Positions 28,355 through 41,903 of a DNA stretch of 64,000 nt are shown in pieces. Position 1 is the stretch's first letter; each line of letters starts with the position of its first letter. This stretch comes from Schmidtea nova (lineage: Eukaryota), in assembly GCA_044892505.1 (NCBI GenBank), contig CM097882.1, positions 449,376,001 to 449,440,000 on the forward strand, written 5' to 3'. The position numbers and the translations under genes are program-made. Below the pieces are notes generated by a model, which saw nothing but the letters and a program-made list of their open reading frames with translations, did not search any database and was not told where the DNA came from.

Positions 28355-28836
28355 ATAAATTGTTGCATTGGCTTAAGAATCTCATCGTTCCTTTAAATTG
28401 ATTTAATTAACTTTACCAATGATTAAATAAAGATAGAACAAAAGTATAAATTCAGTTTACAAAATATCGAATCGAGATAATTAAATAATTAAGCGAGCAT
28501 TCGTTGAAATACTTCTCGCAGACTGAGTAATGAAAAAAATAAATTTTCTGAAAGATTTACACGGAATACATAAGTAGATGATTAAAGCATAAGTCCTTCT
28601 AACGGCAGCGATGAACCCGTAAACATAAATGGGGAGTAGTACTAGCGATAGTGCTCACCTGCCCATCATTGTTTAACCACCCTGCGCATCACCAACTTGA
28701 TTATATAGGGAAATAATCAAGGGCGCTTGAGTGTAGAATTGCAATTTTATGCATGATCATGGATGAGGGATCCCTAGTCATTGTTAGAGCATTTTTCATC
28801 TAACCCCTCCATGAACCCAGCATTATAATATTAATA

Positions 28837-28883
<47 letters not shown>
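28837..28883. repeat. (ATT)n microsatellite at the 3' insertion junction
   Basis: Read directly from the sequence. Confidence 0.95.
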
Positions 28884-28884
<1 letters not shown>

Positions 28885-29239
28885 GTGTTTAAAATTTTAT
28901 AAGTTTAAGTATGTTATATATATTTATTAATTTTGCTTCTTTGTTACGTTGCATAGACATTGCAATGTTTTTGTTAAGTTGCATCTGCATTGAGATGTCC
29001 TTGTTAAATTTGCGGTAGGAAATTTTAGTTTTTGATTGTTAGAATTTTTATAGGTCTTTAAAAATTTTTATTATATCTTATATTATTATCAATTTAAATT
29101 TGCACGCGGGTTTACAACGTGTGTGCAATGCGTACTGATACTTGTCTTAAACACACACAAGGGAAACACAACGCACGTTTCACGCGCGTTGAATGAGTAC
29201 TGTTATTTGTCTTAAACACCTACACACGCCATCTCTCAT

Positions 29240-30205
29240 ACTCATCTGTCAATTACCTTTTGTTTGATATACATATTATATAGTTTTAAAGATTTGAGCC
29301 TTGTACCCTTTATTTGACCTCTAAGGGCATGACATTCGAACTCATCTGTCAATTACCTCTTGTTTGATATACATATTATAAAGTTTGAAAATATTTGAAG
29401 GTTTTGCATTCCTTGAAGACCCACCACAGACCTTCGAAGGTATGACCATCATGCACATCTCACAAATACCTTTCGAATGATATACAACTTTTAAGGTTTA
29501 AATATTTTTGAAGGTTTTGTACCCCTTGAGGGTTGAGCACCCACCATAGACCTTCAAGGGTATGACCATCATACTCACCCTTCAATTACCTTTTGTTTGA
29601 TAGATAACTTGTAAGGATTAAAAAAGGTTGAAGGTTTCAGACCCATTGAAGGTTGAGCACACACCATACACCTTCGAAGGTATGACCATTGTGTGCATAT
29701 CTCAATTACCTTTTGTTTGATATATAACTTGTAAGGTTTAAAATTTTTTGAAGGTTTTGCATCCATTGAAGGTTGAGCACCCACCATAGACCTTCAAGGG
29801 TATGACCATCATACTCACCCTTCAATTACCTTTTGTTTGATAGATAACTTGTAAGGATTAAAAAAGGTTGAAGGTTTCAGACCCATTGAAGGTTGAGCAC
29901 ACACCATACACCTTGGAAGGTATGACCATTGTGTGCATATCTCAATTACCTTTTGTTTGATATATAACTTGTAAGGTTTAAAATTTTTTGAAGGTTTTGC
30001 ATCCATTGAAGGTTGAGCACACACCATACACCTTCAAGGGTATGACCATCATACTAACCTCTCAATTACCTTTCGAATGATATGTATATTATAAGGATGG
30101 AAAAAGGTTGAAGGTTTTTGACCCTTTGAAGGTTCAGGACTCTACATAAACCCTCGAGAGTATGTCCATTGTATAGACCTCACCAAGACCTTTCGAATGA
30201 TACCC
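29240..30205. repeat. About 120-bp tandem repeat with 240-bp higher-order period
   Basis: Recurrent CAATTACCTTTTGTTTGATA..GAAGGTTT..GGTTGAGCAC..CCTTC(G/A)A(A/G)GGTATGACCAT; 29575-29814 nearly identical to 29815-30054. Confidence 0.9.
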
Positions 30206-30260
30206 TTGTTTGAAGGTTTGACCTTATTTAACCTTAAAAATTTAATTTTAAAATTTGAAA

Positions 30261-30417
30261 TGAGTCATCAATGAGTCATAATGATGAGTCATCGGGCGGG
30301 GGGGGTTGTAGGGTGACTCATTGTCTTTGTTATGAGTCATCGATGAGTCATATGTCTTTGTTTAAGTATGACTCATGGTGGACAGTGTCCACTAGACACT
30401 TCTGTCTACTTTCTACT
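30261..30417 (-). mobile_element. Probable relic Polinton/Maverick terminal inverted repeat end
   Basis: Minus strand begins AGTAGAAAGTAGACAG (AGTAG start, like the intact Polinton at 41904), followed by 7 TGA(G/C)TCA palindromes and a G-box; same layout as the intact TIR. Confidence 0.45.
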
Positions 30418-30599
30418 AGCCCAAAACAAGGTAAAACTGTAAAATAGTTTCGGAAAGTTTTGCAGAAAATATAAGCATATCCAGTACCGTTCCTGCGTTG
30501 CTGGCTACTCAGGTGCAGAAACAATATTGCCTCCCATGTTAATTAAATTGTTTAATTAGAATTTGCTGATGTGCGGTTCATCCGATGGGGGATTATTAA

Positions 30600-30730
30600 N
30601 NNNNNNNNNNNNNNNNNNNNNNNNNNNNNNNNNNNNNNNNNNNNNNNNNNNNNNNNNNNNNNNNNNNNNNNNNNNNNNNNNNNNNNNNNNNNNNNNNNNN
30701 NNNNNNNNNNNNNNNNNNNNNNNNNNNNNN
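30600..30730. other. Assembly gap (N run)
   Basis: 131 N. Confidence 1.
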
Positions 30731-31924
30731 TACAAATTTTTAAGTGCACAATTTAAAGTTTTGTCATGGAATTTTAGAAAAATATAAGTAAATTGGAAAA
30801 TACATAAAAAATAGGAGATGTTTTTATGAAAACTTGTTTTCTGCTTAATTCGGCCAAGTTTAATTTTTTTTGCAGTTTAAAATCAATTTTAAAATCAATT
30901 TAAAATCAATTTTTTTAAAAATTTTATTTATTTAAAATATAATAATAGTTGGTCACCGGCTGCCCATTGATTTGGCCACTAACGTGTGGGGCACCTTCTG
31001 CACCCGGCCAGGAACGGGCCTGAGCAGATCCATACTTAAAATCTTTCAAAAGACAACAAAAACATAAAAATTTCATTAACTAAACCCAAAAATAAAGGGA
31101 GATACATGCACAAAATTTTTAAATCCTTAAATTAACTTAAAAAATTTTAAATCAAAACTGATATAAATGAAACTGATAAATAATTTTTGGAAGGAATATG
31201 TGTAGACGAAAGGATGTTTTGATGAAGATAAGTTTTTGAACTCATTCGTGGTCTCGAAGCACTATATAACAAGACTTAACAGATATAGTGTTAATAAGTA
31301 CCCAGTTGTAATGGGAGGTTGACATGTCTTCAACTTTTAAGAAATCTTCAAATCCAAATCCAGCAGCCCTAAATTCAGATTAAACCAATAATAAACCAAT
31401 AAACATTAGCAATTATTTATAATTATTGAACATTAAGAATTTTTGGTGATTATTTATGATCTAGTAACAATGTTAACCTGTTTGCTTATCTTTTATCTTT
31501 TGCTCTGTGTTGTATATAATTTTAATTTCTGTTTTATTATGTACAGGTTTAATTTAATTTAAATAAATGCAAGAGTAACAATTAATTTAATCTAATTATT
31601 ATTTATTACAATTTACAATGTTATGTTCAAAGTACCTACTATAATTGATAATTGATTTACAAATTAATACTTTTACAATTTTATGTCAGATATTTACAAT
31701 ATTCACTAATCGGTTTACAATTTAATATTTTAAAGTATAAATAATTACAATATCCGTTAATCGGTTGAAATATAAATATTTATATTTGGTAATAATAATT
31801 ATTTAATTTATAAAACTTTAGTATATAAGGTACTGTAAGATTTACAAATTTTAAACTTTAGCTGCTGAAATAATATAAGATAAGACAATAAAATAGCTAA
31901 ACATTTTTATTTAAATTCCAATGT

Positions 31925-32222
31925 AATTGTTGATTGATTATTTCTCCTTTAATTTGTTGATTGAATATTTCGCTTTTGAAATTGTTGATTTAATATTTCG
32001 CTTTTGAAATTGTTGATTGATTAATTCGCTTTTGAAATTGTTGATTGAATATTTCGCTTTTAAATTGTTGATTGAATATTTCGCTTTTAAATTGTTGATT
32101 GAATATTTCGCTTTTGAAATTGTTGATTTAATATTTCGCTTTTGAAATTGTTGATTGCTTAATTCGCTTTAGAAATTGTTGAATGATTATTTCGCTTTTG
32201 AATTTGTTGAGTGATTATTTCT
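31925..32222. repeat. About 28-bp minisatellite, about 10-11 copies
   Basis: Unit AATTGTTGATTGAATATTTCGCTTTTGA. Confidence 0.9.
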
Positions 32223-34012
32223 TCTTGCTTGTATTTTTTTAAATTCTGAGAAAAAGAAAGTCTTTTGGTGATTTAAACAATTTAGCTTAATTTTGTATAT
32301 AAATTAATATTTGATTTTAATATATAAATATAATGATATAATATTTAATTAAATTATTGTATATAAAAATATTGTACTAATATATAAATAACGGAGGCAC
32401 TACATAAACAAAATCTAAAATTAGCGTTTACATAGTTTTAGAGGGTAATCCTGAGAAACATAATATCAGAATCAGACAAATCGTTTCACACTTAATTTTT
32501 GCAAGAAGAAATAGCAAGCAAGAAACAACATATACACAACACGTACCTATCAATTGAATTTTATGTCATTGAAATTATCACAAGCATTTTTGATTCTGAT
32601 TGAAATTGTTATAAGTATATTTGAATCTGCATAAATTAGTAAATTTTGTTATTCAATAAAAATTATTCAAAACAAGAGTTTTCTTATTTATCTATATAGC
32701 CAATGCACGTTGATACCTCAAATATTGAAACCTCGACAGATGGCTATGGACGCTAGATAATGATATACCATGTTCAAGAAAAGGACAAATCAAAATAAAA
32801 CACGATATACAAAGGTAAAATGGTTGAATACATATGACCTTCTCTCGGCAGCCATGAACCCGAAAGGAGAACGCAGTGAGGAGTAGTTATGGAAACAAAG
32901 ATCAACTGCTTATTGGTTTTCATATCAATGAGTACATTACCGTCATAACTAACAAAGAGTAACAATTGGTAGACTAGTGGGGTCATCTTAAGGAATCACG
33001 GTAACGATAATAATATAAACATTAAATTTAACCTCATATACTACAATATAAGGTTGAATTAAAATAGATTTTGTTTACAACTTTATGGATTTTTCAAAAC
33101 ATAGATATGTCTTCCATGGAAGATGGATTGTTTCGAAGTTACTGATCAGAAAATAGAGATTTGTGTACAAATGTGTTGCACTTCGAGAAAGAAAATTTGC
33201 AATGAAATACTTTTGCCAGTAATATGACAAATTTTGCTTTAAAATTCAGAGATTTAACTTAAATGCCTTTGCTGTTTATGTGAAGGTTCTTTCATATCAT
33301 AAAAATAGATAAGTGGTTTGTGATCTGTATAAACTTCGAAAGAACCACTTTCAAGCAAATGTTTTATCAATACGTAAATTTCTAGAAGTTCAATATTAAA
33401 AGCTGTTTACCTCCGCCAGGCTGAAGAGATTTCCTTCGTTGAATGTTAATGAAATAGAATTTTATACATTAGAATTGCACATTATTAGAAATAAACAATT
33501 TTGATTTTATGTAAATTTAATGTTTTTAAAAATCGATTTTCAAATTTTTCTACATGAAATTTTATTAACTATTCTTCTCAATTTAAACAAACGCGATTAT
33601 TCACAACACTTTTCACAAAGCACCACATTAGTATTAGATAATTACAAATAAGTTCTGGAATTTTTGCTGAATTTATTTATTTCGTTTATGGTTTGCAGCA
33701 TGTTTTATTTTAATTTATTTTGTTCTTATGCTTAAGTTATAAGTTATCGATGCAATTAAACAAATGTTAATTTTTGTGTTTTATTTCAATACCTAAAACT
33801 TTTATTTACTTGAAATCACCAGCAAAATTTATTTGAATTTTTCAAAATAAAATATTTTAACTTATTAATCTAATTATTATAAATTTTAAATTAACAAAAT
33901 TTTATTTTTAATAATTCATAAAATTCCAACACAATTCAAATTTGTTATAATCGTTCATCATATTTAATAATTGTTTAACAAACTCTTTAAACAGTATTGA
34001 AAATTTTCGAAA

Positions 34013-34205
34013 ATGAAAGTGTTTGTGACTAGAAAATTTCCGCACGACGCTGTTGAATCTATTAAAAAGGCTGGATTTACAGTTGATATGTGGGATTCAG
34101 ATGAGCAAGTAGATTATGAATATATGGTTCAACACTCCAAAGAAGTTGATGGTCTCTTGTGTACTCTGAGTGATAAAATTGATGAACACTTTATCAATTC
34201 GACAA
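34013..34205 (+). CDS. GRHPR: Glyoxylate/hydroxypyruvate reductase, exon 1
   Basis: MKVFVTRKFP..DGLLCTLSDKID; GT donor at 34206; 58-nt intron, phase 1. Confidence 0.9.
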
Positions 34206-34263
34206 GTATTTCATAATTCTATTGTCAAAATTACTTATAATAGCAATTTTTGAATAAATTCAG

Positions 34264-34431
34264 AAAATCTGAAACTAATTGTGACAATGTCGGTTGGATT
34301 CGATCACATTGATGTCACTGCAGCGCATAAGAAAAATATAAAAATTGGATACACGCCTGGCGATTTAGGTGATGCAATTGCCGAATTAGCGATTGGACTA
34401 CTACTAACTGTTTCAAGGAGATTATTAGAAG
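34264..34431 (+). CDS. GRHPR: GRHPR exon 2
   Basis: NLKLIVTMSVGFDHID..GYTPG..AELAIGLLLTVSRRLLE; AG/GT boundaries with phases consistent with exons 1 and 3. Confidence 0.9.
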
Positions 34432-35235
34432 GTTAAATGAATTAAATCGATTATTATTGATTATAATTCTATTATTGGTATTTCTACCTTATGCTATTTT
34501 AATTGATTTTTGGGTAAAATTCGAATTTTAATAAATAAATTGTTTACTTATAATTAAATTTCTATTGGATTCATCAATATTTTGACGATATTTAATTTTT
34601 ACATTAACTAATAATAATTAATTATGTTATTATTTAAAATATTACACTCTATGTTGATTTTGACGTTGTGGAGACTTGAATAAAAGTAAATCAATCAATT
34701 TTTTTGTGAAATTTTTTTTATCATTTAAAAATTATGATGAAATATAATATTTATAGATACCTTAAGTCTTTGAATACACTATTATTAAAATCAGTTTTGT
34801 GAAAAAGATAAAATATCCTTTTCACAAATCCAATTCCCAAAAGACCCAAGTGGGACTTTTTCATATATTTATCATTATTGTTTTACTTGTACAGTTGCCT
34901 CTAAAACTCCAAAGTCAATTATTTATGGTCTAAATGTTCTGGAAACATTTTATCGATCGAAATTCGCACTTTTAACTTTTTTAAACCTTTTTTTTCTGCG
35001 AGCTTTAGTTATTTGAAGAATTAATACAAATTTCCTAAATGTTTTAATAGCATTTTCGACTTTTTCATGGTCGATATTTTTAATTTATATATTTTCATTT
35101 TTGTGGCAATAAATCAAATCTTTTTCTTCTGCATCATGTATTTGAAACATTGTCTTCAAAATGTAAATAAGAAAAATATATCAAAGGCGACAAAAGTTAA
35201 TGATGCTAATGATAGGATATTTGTATGATATATAT

Positions 35236-35738
35236 CAGAGGTTCCCAAACTGTGGGTCGCGACCCAAAAGTGGGTCGCCAAGCTCTGGTAAGTGGGTCGC
35301 CAAGCTCTGGCAAGTGGGTCGCCAAGCTCTGGCAAGTGGGTCGCGAAAGTTTTTAGGAAAACATAACTTTTTTCGTCTTTTATTTCAGTAACCCGCAAAT
35401 TTCATACTTTATTCCGGTATAACTAGCGGAACAACAACATTTGACTATGATTGGGCTATAACTAGCTTCTACTTGTGAGTGTATATGAACAGTAAATAGT
35501 GCACGAACTTAGCAAGGCAGGATTATAAAAAACATCTGCTATTAAATATGAACCAAATATTAAATATTTGAACCAGCATTATTGTCCGTCTCTGACTCTG
35601 AGCTATGACCACTCACACATGAGAAAGATTCGCGTTTTCGTTTCAAAAATTTATCCAGCTTAATTTTATTCAGTGGGTCCCGAGATGTCAAAAATATTTC
35701 CAAGTGGGTCCAGAGCCAAAGAAGTTTGGGAACCTCTG
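35236..35738. mobile_element. Non-autonomous hAT-type MITE, 503 bp
   Basis: Perfect 16-bp TIR CAGAGGTTCCCAAACT; 8-bp TSD ATATATAT; subterminal GTGGGTC repeats. Confidence 0.88.
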
Positions 35739-37323
35739 ATATATATGACAAAAGGGTCCGCTAGAGGTTATCCGATAAAAAATATTTTAATTCAATTTAT
35801 CCAAGAAAGACAACATAGCCTAACATTTAAGTCGCAACAAATCGTTTCAAAAAAACACACACACATTTACATATATATCTCGTAAAATTTTACCATAATA
35901 TTAGCCGAGTATCCTGAGTATACCTTAATTTTAATTATTATTATATGTCAATTGATTTTAACTAAAAATGAGTCCGAGAATATTTTAATAAAGTCGTAAG
36001 ATTCTTTAACCAAAAAAGAATGAGAGCCCTTGCATTAGATAATGGAGAACAACATTGTGAAAATGAATTTGCCAGAAATTTTTCAAAGGCGTTCAAAAAG
36101 CAATTGAATATAATAAAACATAATTGTTATTTAATTAATTAAAGAAAACTTGAATTGGGTAAACAAAAAAGAACAAGCAATACAATGAATTTCGGAGCGC
36201 CATTGTCATGACAACATGATTATAGGCAGTCAAGGTGACAAAGACTAATTAATGGAAAATGCCAAAGATTGATTTTTTATTATTTTTATTTATCAGTAAT
36301 GAAAGTTGAATAAATTATAGAAATAGTATGATAGAACTTAGAAAAGAAGTCATGAATCAAGCGATTATCAAAAATATAAAAGAAGACTAAAACTTTTTTC
36401 CCGAGTTTTGGCTTAGTCAGGGAAAAAGACCACAAAAATATGTAAAGAGGAATTGTTCAATTAATTCCTAATGAATTGGTAATTATTTATAGGTAAACAG
36501 CAAGAATGAAATTATATCAAAATAAAATTTGAATATCTAAAAGGTGAGAAGTCTCGAAAGTTCGCATCAGTATTTATCATGCAATAAAGACGTTTATTTT
36601 TCAGTTGTGATTAACGAGGCTTAGTTTTTATTCATAGTTTCTAATAGGAACGGAATATAAATATATAATGGGAGCATTATTATTTCATAAAAGTAAATAT
36701 TACGAAGAGTCAGAGAGAGATTGACTATATTTATTTAGTAATTAAAACTAAAAAAATTCATTTGGTTCGGTTTTACTATTACATATTCGACAACTTGTAA
36801 CATATTTTGGTACATGACGCTCTGCACACTGATTTTTCCCTTATGAGAACACATAATTATTAGTCAACAAGGATTCAATTATACACATAATGCTACATAT
36901 TTTTTCCAATGTAAAGGCTAATAAATATTTGAAGAAACTGAAAATTATGATGTGCGGTATATAATCCAAATTTTAGGACATTATTCCGTATATTTTGTTA
37001 ACATTATATAAAACTATGATAAATATGCTTTATTGATTTTTTGTTTTAATTATTATTAATTATTATTATTATAATTATTATTATTGTTAAAAAAAGAGAC
37101 ATAGATACACCAAAATATATTGTAACGACAAATATACAACACGAACTTATATAGATCTTCATTGTATAATATCTAAAAAGTGAGCTTATTGGTTTACTCA
37201 TTATTGATAGAGAATAAGTGTAAAACACGCATACCAACATTCAAACACAATAATCAAGCATCATAAATAACCTCTATTCTTGAAACTACAATTTTGAATT
37301 ATTATTACACAATAGATTATTTT

Positions 37324-37563
37324 NNNNNNNNNNNNNNNNNNNNNNNNNNNNNNNNNNNNNNNNNNNNNNNNNNNNNNNNNNNNNNNNNNNNNNNNNNNNN
37401 NNNNNNNNNNNNNNNNNNNNNNNNNNNNNNNNNNNNNNNNNNNNNNNNNNNNNNNNNNNNNNNNNNNNNNNNNNNNNNNNNNNNNNNNNNNNNNNNNNNN
37501 NNNNNNNNNNNNNNNNNNNNNNNNNNNNNNNNNNNNNNNNNNNNNNNNNNNNNNNNNNNNNNN
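37324..37563. other. Assembly gap (N run)
   Basis: 240 N. Confidence 1.
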
Positions 37564-38121
37564 AATAATAATTTTTTTCATTTTAAAATATTGATTGAAT
37601 ATTTACTATGAATAAAATAATTTCCATAATAGGTGTTTATTCTAGTGAGCGATTTACAGAAAAATATTCCATTTTTAATTTACAATCTTATAAGATTCGA
37701 TTAAAATACAAATGAAAAAGTCACGTTTGCACAAAACTCTACCCTATGTTTACTTAATATTTTTTCATGTAAATAAATGATCAAAATAAATTTTAATTTT
37801 TGTATTCCTACGATTCTAGTCTATTATTTAGTTTAGAATTGATTGGAATTTTTGATTGAGTTTACAAAATATATTTAAATTTATTATTTCTTGTAAAGCA
37901 CTTAATCAACAAATTTGTCATTGAAATTTAATACAATTATGTAAAAATATATTTTTATTAAAATTTTTAATTATTTTTACTTGTATTAACTGATTTATAC
38001 CGATTTCCTACCCAAAGAAAGCTTTTACTTTATTGTACTTTTCTCTTTGGAATAGATGATCCCGTAGAACAGGATTAGCAAACTTTTCATTTTGAAGAGA
38101 TGTTTTAGTTTATATAAACAT

Positions 38122-38124
<3 letters not shown>

Positions 38125-38200
<76 letters not shown>
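38125..38200. repeat. (TA)n microsatellite, left flank of the Gypsy element
   Basis: Read directly; the tract continues at 60527-60593. Confidence 0.95.
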
Positions 38201-38203
<3 letters not shown>

Positions 38204-39216
38204 GATGTCCTATATTATGGTCATTTTATTTTGTTGTTACTCGTTTATAAGATTGTAAGCGCCGTCATTACTAGGGACGGTGCCCTTGCGGTCACCAGGA
38301 ACCCCCCCCCCCTATTTATTTTTTTTATATTGTCTAATAACTAAATAATTAAATAATTTGAATTATTAAAATTCAAATGATTAAAAATTCAAATAGCTTA
38401 CTATAGGAAACTATAGTAAGCTATATTAAAAAAAAATTGATTAAAAAAAGTTTAAAAAATTTCAAAAAGAAATAATTAATATCAAAAGAAATATTTTGCT
38501 ATATGAAATAAAAGAAAACTAAGGAAGAATTAAAGGAATTGTAATTAAACTATATCAAAAAGAAAGCCAATCTTATTTATACAGAAGATTTATCAAAGTT
38601 CATATATTCTTCCAATTTACAATCTCCCTCGTCGATTAAACTATATCAAAAAGAAAGCCAATCTTATTTATACAGAAGATTTATCAAAGTTCATATATTC
38701 TTCCAATTTACAATCTCCCTCGTCGATTAAACTATATCAAAAAGAAAGCCAATTTTATTTATACAGAAGATTTATCAAAGTTCATATAGTCTTCCAATTT
38801 ACAATCTCCCTCGTCGATTAAACTATATCAAAAAGAAAGCCAATCTTATTTATACAGAAGATTTATCAAAGTTCATATAGTCTTCCAATTTACAATCTCC
38901 CTTGTCGACGGCTGCTAAATTGTAAAGAAGCTACAGGAAAAAAACTGTACAAGTAACCTTTCGTGGTTTTTTATCATTTTGTTATTAATAAATATTTGTT
39001 ATAAAAAAATAGTGCTGTTAATTTTAGTATAACTTATATACTTTTTATATTTTTATATTATATCATATCTGTAACCGCAATACACAGCACACACCCCGAG
39101 TGTCGACACATTGCTAACGTCTGACTCTCTCGGGTCCTACAACTCTTCTTCCCATTCGTAAACGTTCACATACACAAACAACTAAACTCAATTTGAACTG
39201 CGCATAGACTATAATA
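38200..39216 (+). repeat. 5' LTR with 4 x 91-bp internal repeats
   Basis: TGTGGATGTCC...CTATAATA; matches 59330-60529; units at 38550, 38641, 38732 and 38823. Exact ends are blurred by the TA tract. Confidence 0.9.
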
Positions 39217-39218
39217 AC

Positions 39219-39231
39219 TGGTGTCAGAAGT
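39219..39231 (+). other. Primer-binding site, tRNA-Leu-like
   Basis: TGGTGTCAGAAGT, complementary to a tRNA-Leu 3' end (..ACTTCTGACACCA). Confidence 0.8.
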
Positions 39232-39406
39232 CAACACACACACACACTCGCCGTTTTTTTCAAGCGTTAACGCCTTTAGCATACCTATTATAGAGGTATA
39301 AGGATTAACGTCTCTTTTAGCCGAACACAGTAGGCTATATCCTTCAGTCAAGCTCATTTTTTTCACATAAAAAAACAACATAACAAACAACAACAATACA
39401 AATCAA

Positions 39407-41903
39407 ATGGCATCAAATCGAACAAACTCAAATACCATACAAACACTCATTGACAACGAAAATACACAACCCCAACACCCAAACAACAATTATTATTACA
39501 ACGACGAAAACACCCAAATACAAAGGGAAAGTAGCCACTATTATTTTAACCCAGAAAACACTCACACAATTAATGCAATGATTAACCCAATCCCAAATTT
39601 TTTTATCAACGAAGAAGGTTCAGTGCAAACATGGTTGAAACTAGCCAAATTGACATTAACCTTGAGCGGGATAACCTCATCAAGACTAATATGCTCACAA
39701 ATATTCACAGCACTCCCAAGCAATATACACAAATCAATTGCGGATCAAATAGACACAATTTTCAATTGCAATAACCCATTTGAAAAACTGTGCAGCATAT
39801 TAGCAAATAGGGACGAATCAAACAAAAAAGAAATACAGGAACCTTTCACAAACAACAGGCAAAAGGATAATACCCAAAATAATCTTTCAAGTCCACTAAA
39901 ACAGAATTTTGAGTACGACCAAACAATATTAGCAAACATTGATGTAAATGAACGGAGATCATGCCAAACATTAGCAACTAAAAACAATGAAACCGAAAAT
40001 AAAAGGTGGACAGACATGGTCGATAAAATAAATGCAGGAGATTACCCCAGTATTAATAGTACTCATGACTACAAAAACAAAATACTGAACCATGAACAAG
40101 ATGAGAATGAAGACGAAAAAACAGAATTTAACGAAACAAATAAAATCCTAAATAACTTGATAAGTCAACTTGACAAAATTGCAACTGAAAATAAAAGGTT
40201 CAAATCAGAACTAAAAGAAATTAAAGAAAAAAATCTAAAACAAAACTACTGTCCAAATCAAATATCGTACATGCTCAATAGGCCAAAAACAAACTCAGGA
40301 AACCAACACCAAAACTTTTACAACAATAAAAATAAAGGATCTGGAAATAGACAAAAATTCTGGAAACCAGAAATTAGATTATCAAACCAAGAATGGTGTT
40401 ACTTCCATTGCAAATTTGGAGAAAAAGCATTCAGATGCACAAAACCATGTAGATACAACGAAAAAAACACAGAAAAATTGAAAAGTTTGCCATTAGTTGC
40501 TCCTACATTTGGCGAAACAAATACAGATAAACGGAAAACATTACCAGTAGTAGCACCTACATTCGACAATAAACATACAACTTTTTCAATAAGTTCCAAT
40601 AAAATAGAATTCCTAGTGGACACAGGTTCAGTGATATCGCTACTACCACATATTTTATACAAAAATACAAAAAATCAGAACAAACTACTTACCGCAGCCA
40701 ATGGATCCAACATAAATACGTTTGGTGAACAGGATATAAACCTAACAATAAACAACAAAACTTACAAGTGGACATTCACGATAGCCGAAGTTCAACAAGC
40801 AATAATAGGAGCAGATTTCCTAACAAATTACAACCTTCTAGTAGATTGCAAAAACAAGCAAATAATAGAAAATACTAATGCTGCAACTCCACAACGCAAC
40901 ACGAGCAGTGGACCAAGTCCAAAGATAGACATTGGAGTAGTTACAACAAACATAAAAAACAAAACAAACCCGATTAAAAACATACCGGAAATCGACAAAA
41001 TTCTAGAACGATTCAAAGAATTAACGGAACCCGTCCAATTCAACGACGACTCTGAAAAAACAACCGAACACACCATAATCACAAACGGCAATCCAGTACA
41101 CGCAAAAGTAAGACCACTAGATCCCAAAAAGATAGAAATCACAAAAAACATTTTCAGCGAACTGTTAGAAAATAATATTGTGAAACATTCTAACTCAGAA
41201 TGGTCTTCAGCATTGATGCTGAAACAAAAAGCAAACGGTGAATGGAGAGCCTGTGGCGATTACAGACTACTAAACAAAATAACAGAACCAGACAGCTACC
41301 CATTACCAATTATAAAAGACATAATTAATCGAATAAAGGGCGCAAAATACTTTTCAAAAATAGATCTGCAAAAAGCATACCATCAGATCCCAATAAGGAA
41401 AGAAGACATAAAAAAGACTGCAATAACAACACCGGTTGGAATGTTTGAATACAATCGAATGCCTTTCGGTCTACGAAATGCAGCAGCAACTTTCCAGCGA
41501 TTCATGGATCAAACAATGAAAAGCAACAAAAACACAATCGCCTACCTGGATGATATATTTATAACCAGCCCAGACAAGGAAACGCACTTAAACGACATAA
41601 AAAACGTTTTCGAGACACTAAAAAAGGCAAAACTAAAAATCAACGCACAAAAGTGCGAATTCATGAAACCCGAAATAAACTTCCTTGGACATACGCTAAA
41701 TGAAAAAGGAACACAACCAATCGGAAACAAAATAAGCAACATTAAAAATTACAAACTGCCAATGACCACTAGGGAATTGCGAAGATTCCTGGGAATGGTA
41801 AACTTTTACCACTCTTATATTCCAAACTGTAGCAAATTATTGGCTCCACTAAATGACATAATAAAAACAAAACGAGATGTCAAAATAAATTGGACTCAAC
41901 AGA
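39407..41903 (+). CDS. gag-pol: Gag-PR-RT, 5' part of gag-pol, interrupted by the Polinton
   Basis: FLVDTGS, IIGADFL, YLDD. Removing 41904-57304 restores NWTQQ|TTEGFEKAK in frame, giving a 1412-aa ORF. Confidence 0.93.

Larger units (their letters stand above)
1..28822 (+). mobile_element. Giant Ty3/Gypsy-type LTR retroelement with env and accessory cargo (Burro-like); 5' end lies about 875 bp upstream of the window
   Basis: Direct repeat 1-2249 = 26574-28822 (offset 26573); PBS follows the left copy; gag, PR, RT, RH and IN motifs lie between, with integrase after RT/RH (Gypsy order). Confidence 0.95.
25699..28822 (+). repeat. 3' LTR, about 3124 bp
   Basis: Starts TGTTGGG and ends CCCAGCA (6/7 inverted termini, TG..CA). 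The end is fixed by loss of identity with the 5' copy; the start is inferred because the 5' copy is truncated. Confidence 0.85.

Noticed and set aside
29575-30027. Two near-identical 70-aa ORFs
   Set aside because: By-products of the 240-bp repeat period.
32400-33000. Possible Penelope/LINE remnant or hammerhead ribozyme
   Set aside because: No CTGANGA..GAAA core in a pairing context and no RT or GIY-YIG motif recognised.
35156-35885. Small ORFs over the MITE
   Set aside because: Derived from subterminal repeats; no transposase similarity.
35900-36800. Possible decayed transposase fragments in intron 2
   Set aside because: No catalytic motif, TIR or sustained frame that I could support.
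30552-37611. ORFs spanning N runs (30552-30787, 37261-37611)
   Set aside because: Open only because Ns translate as X.
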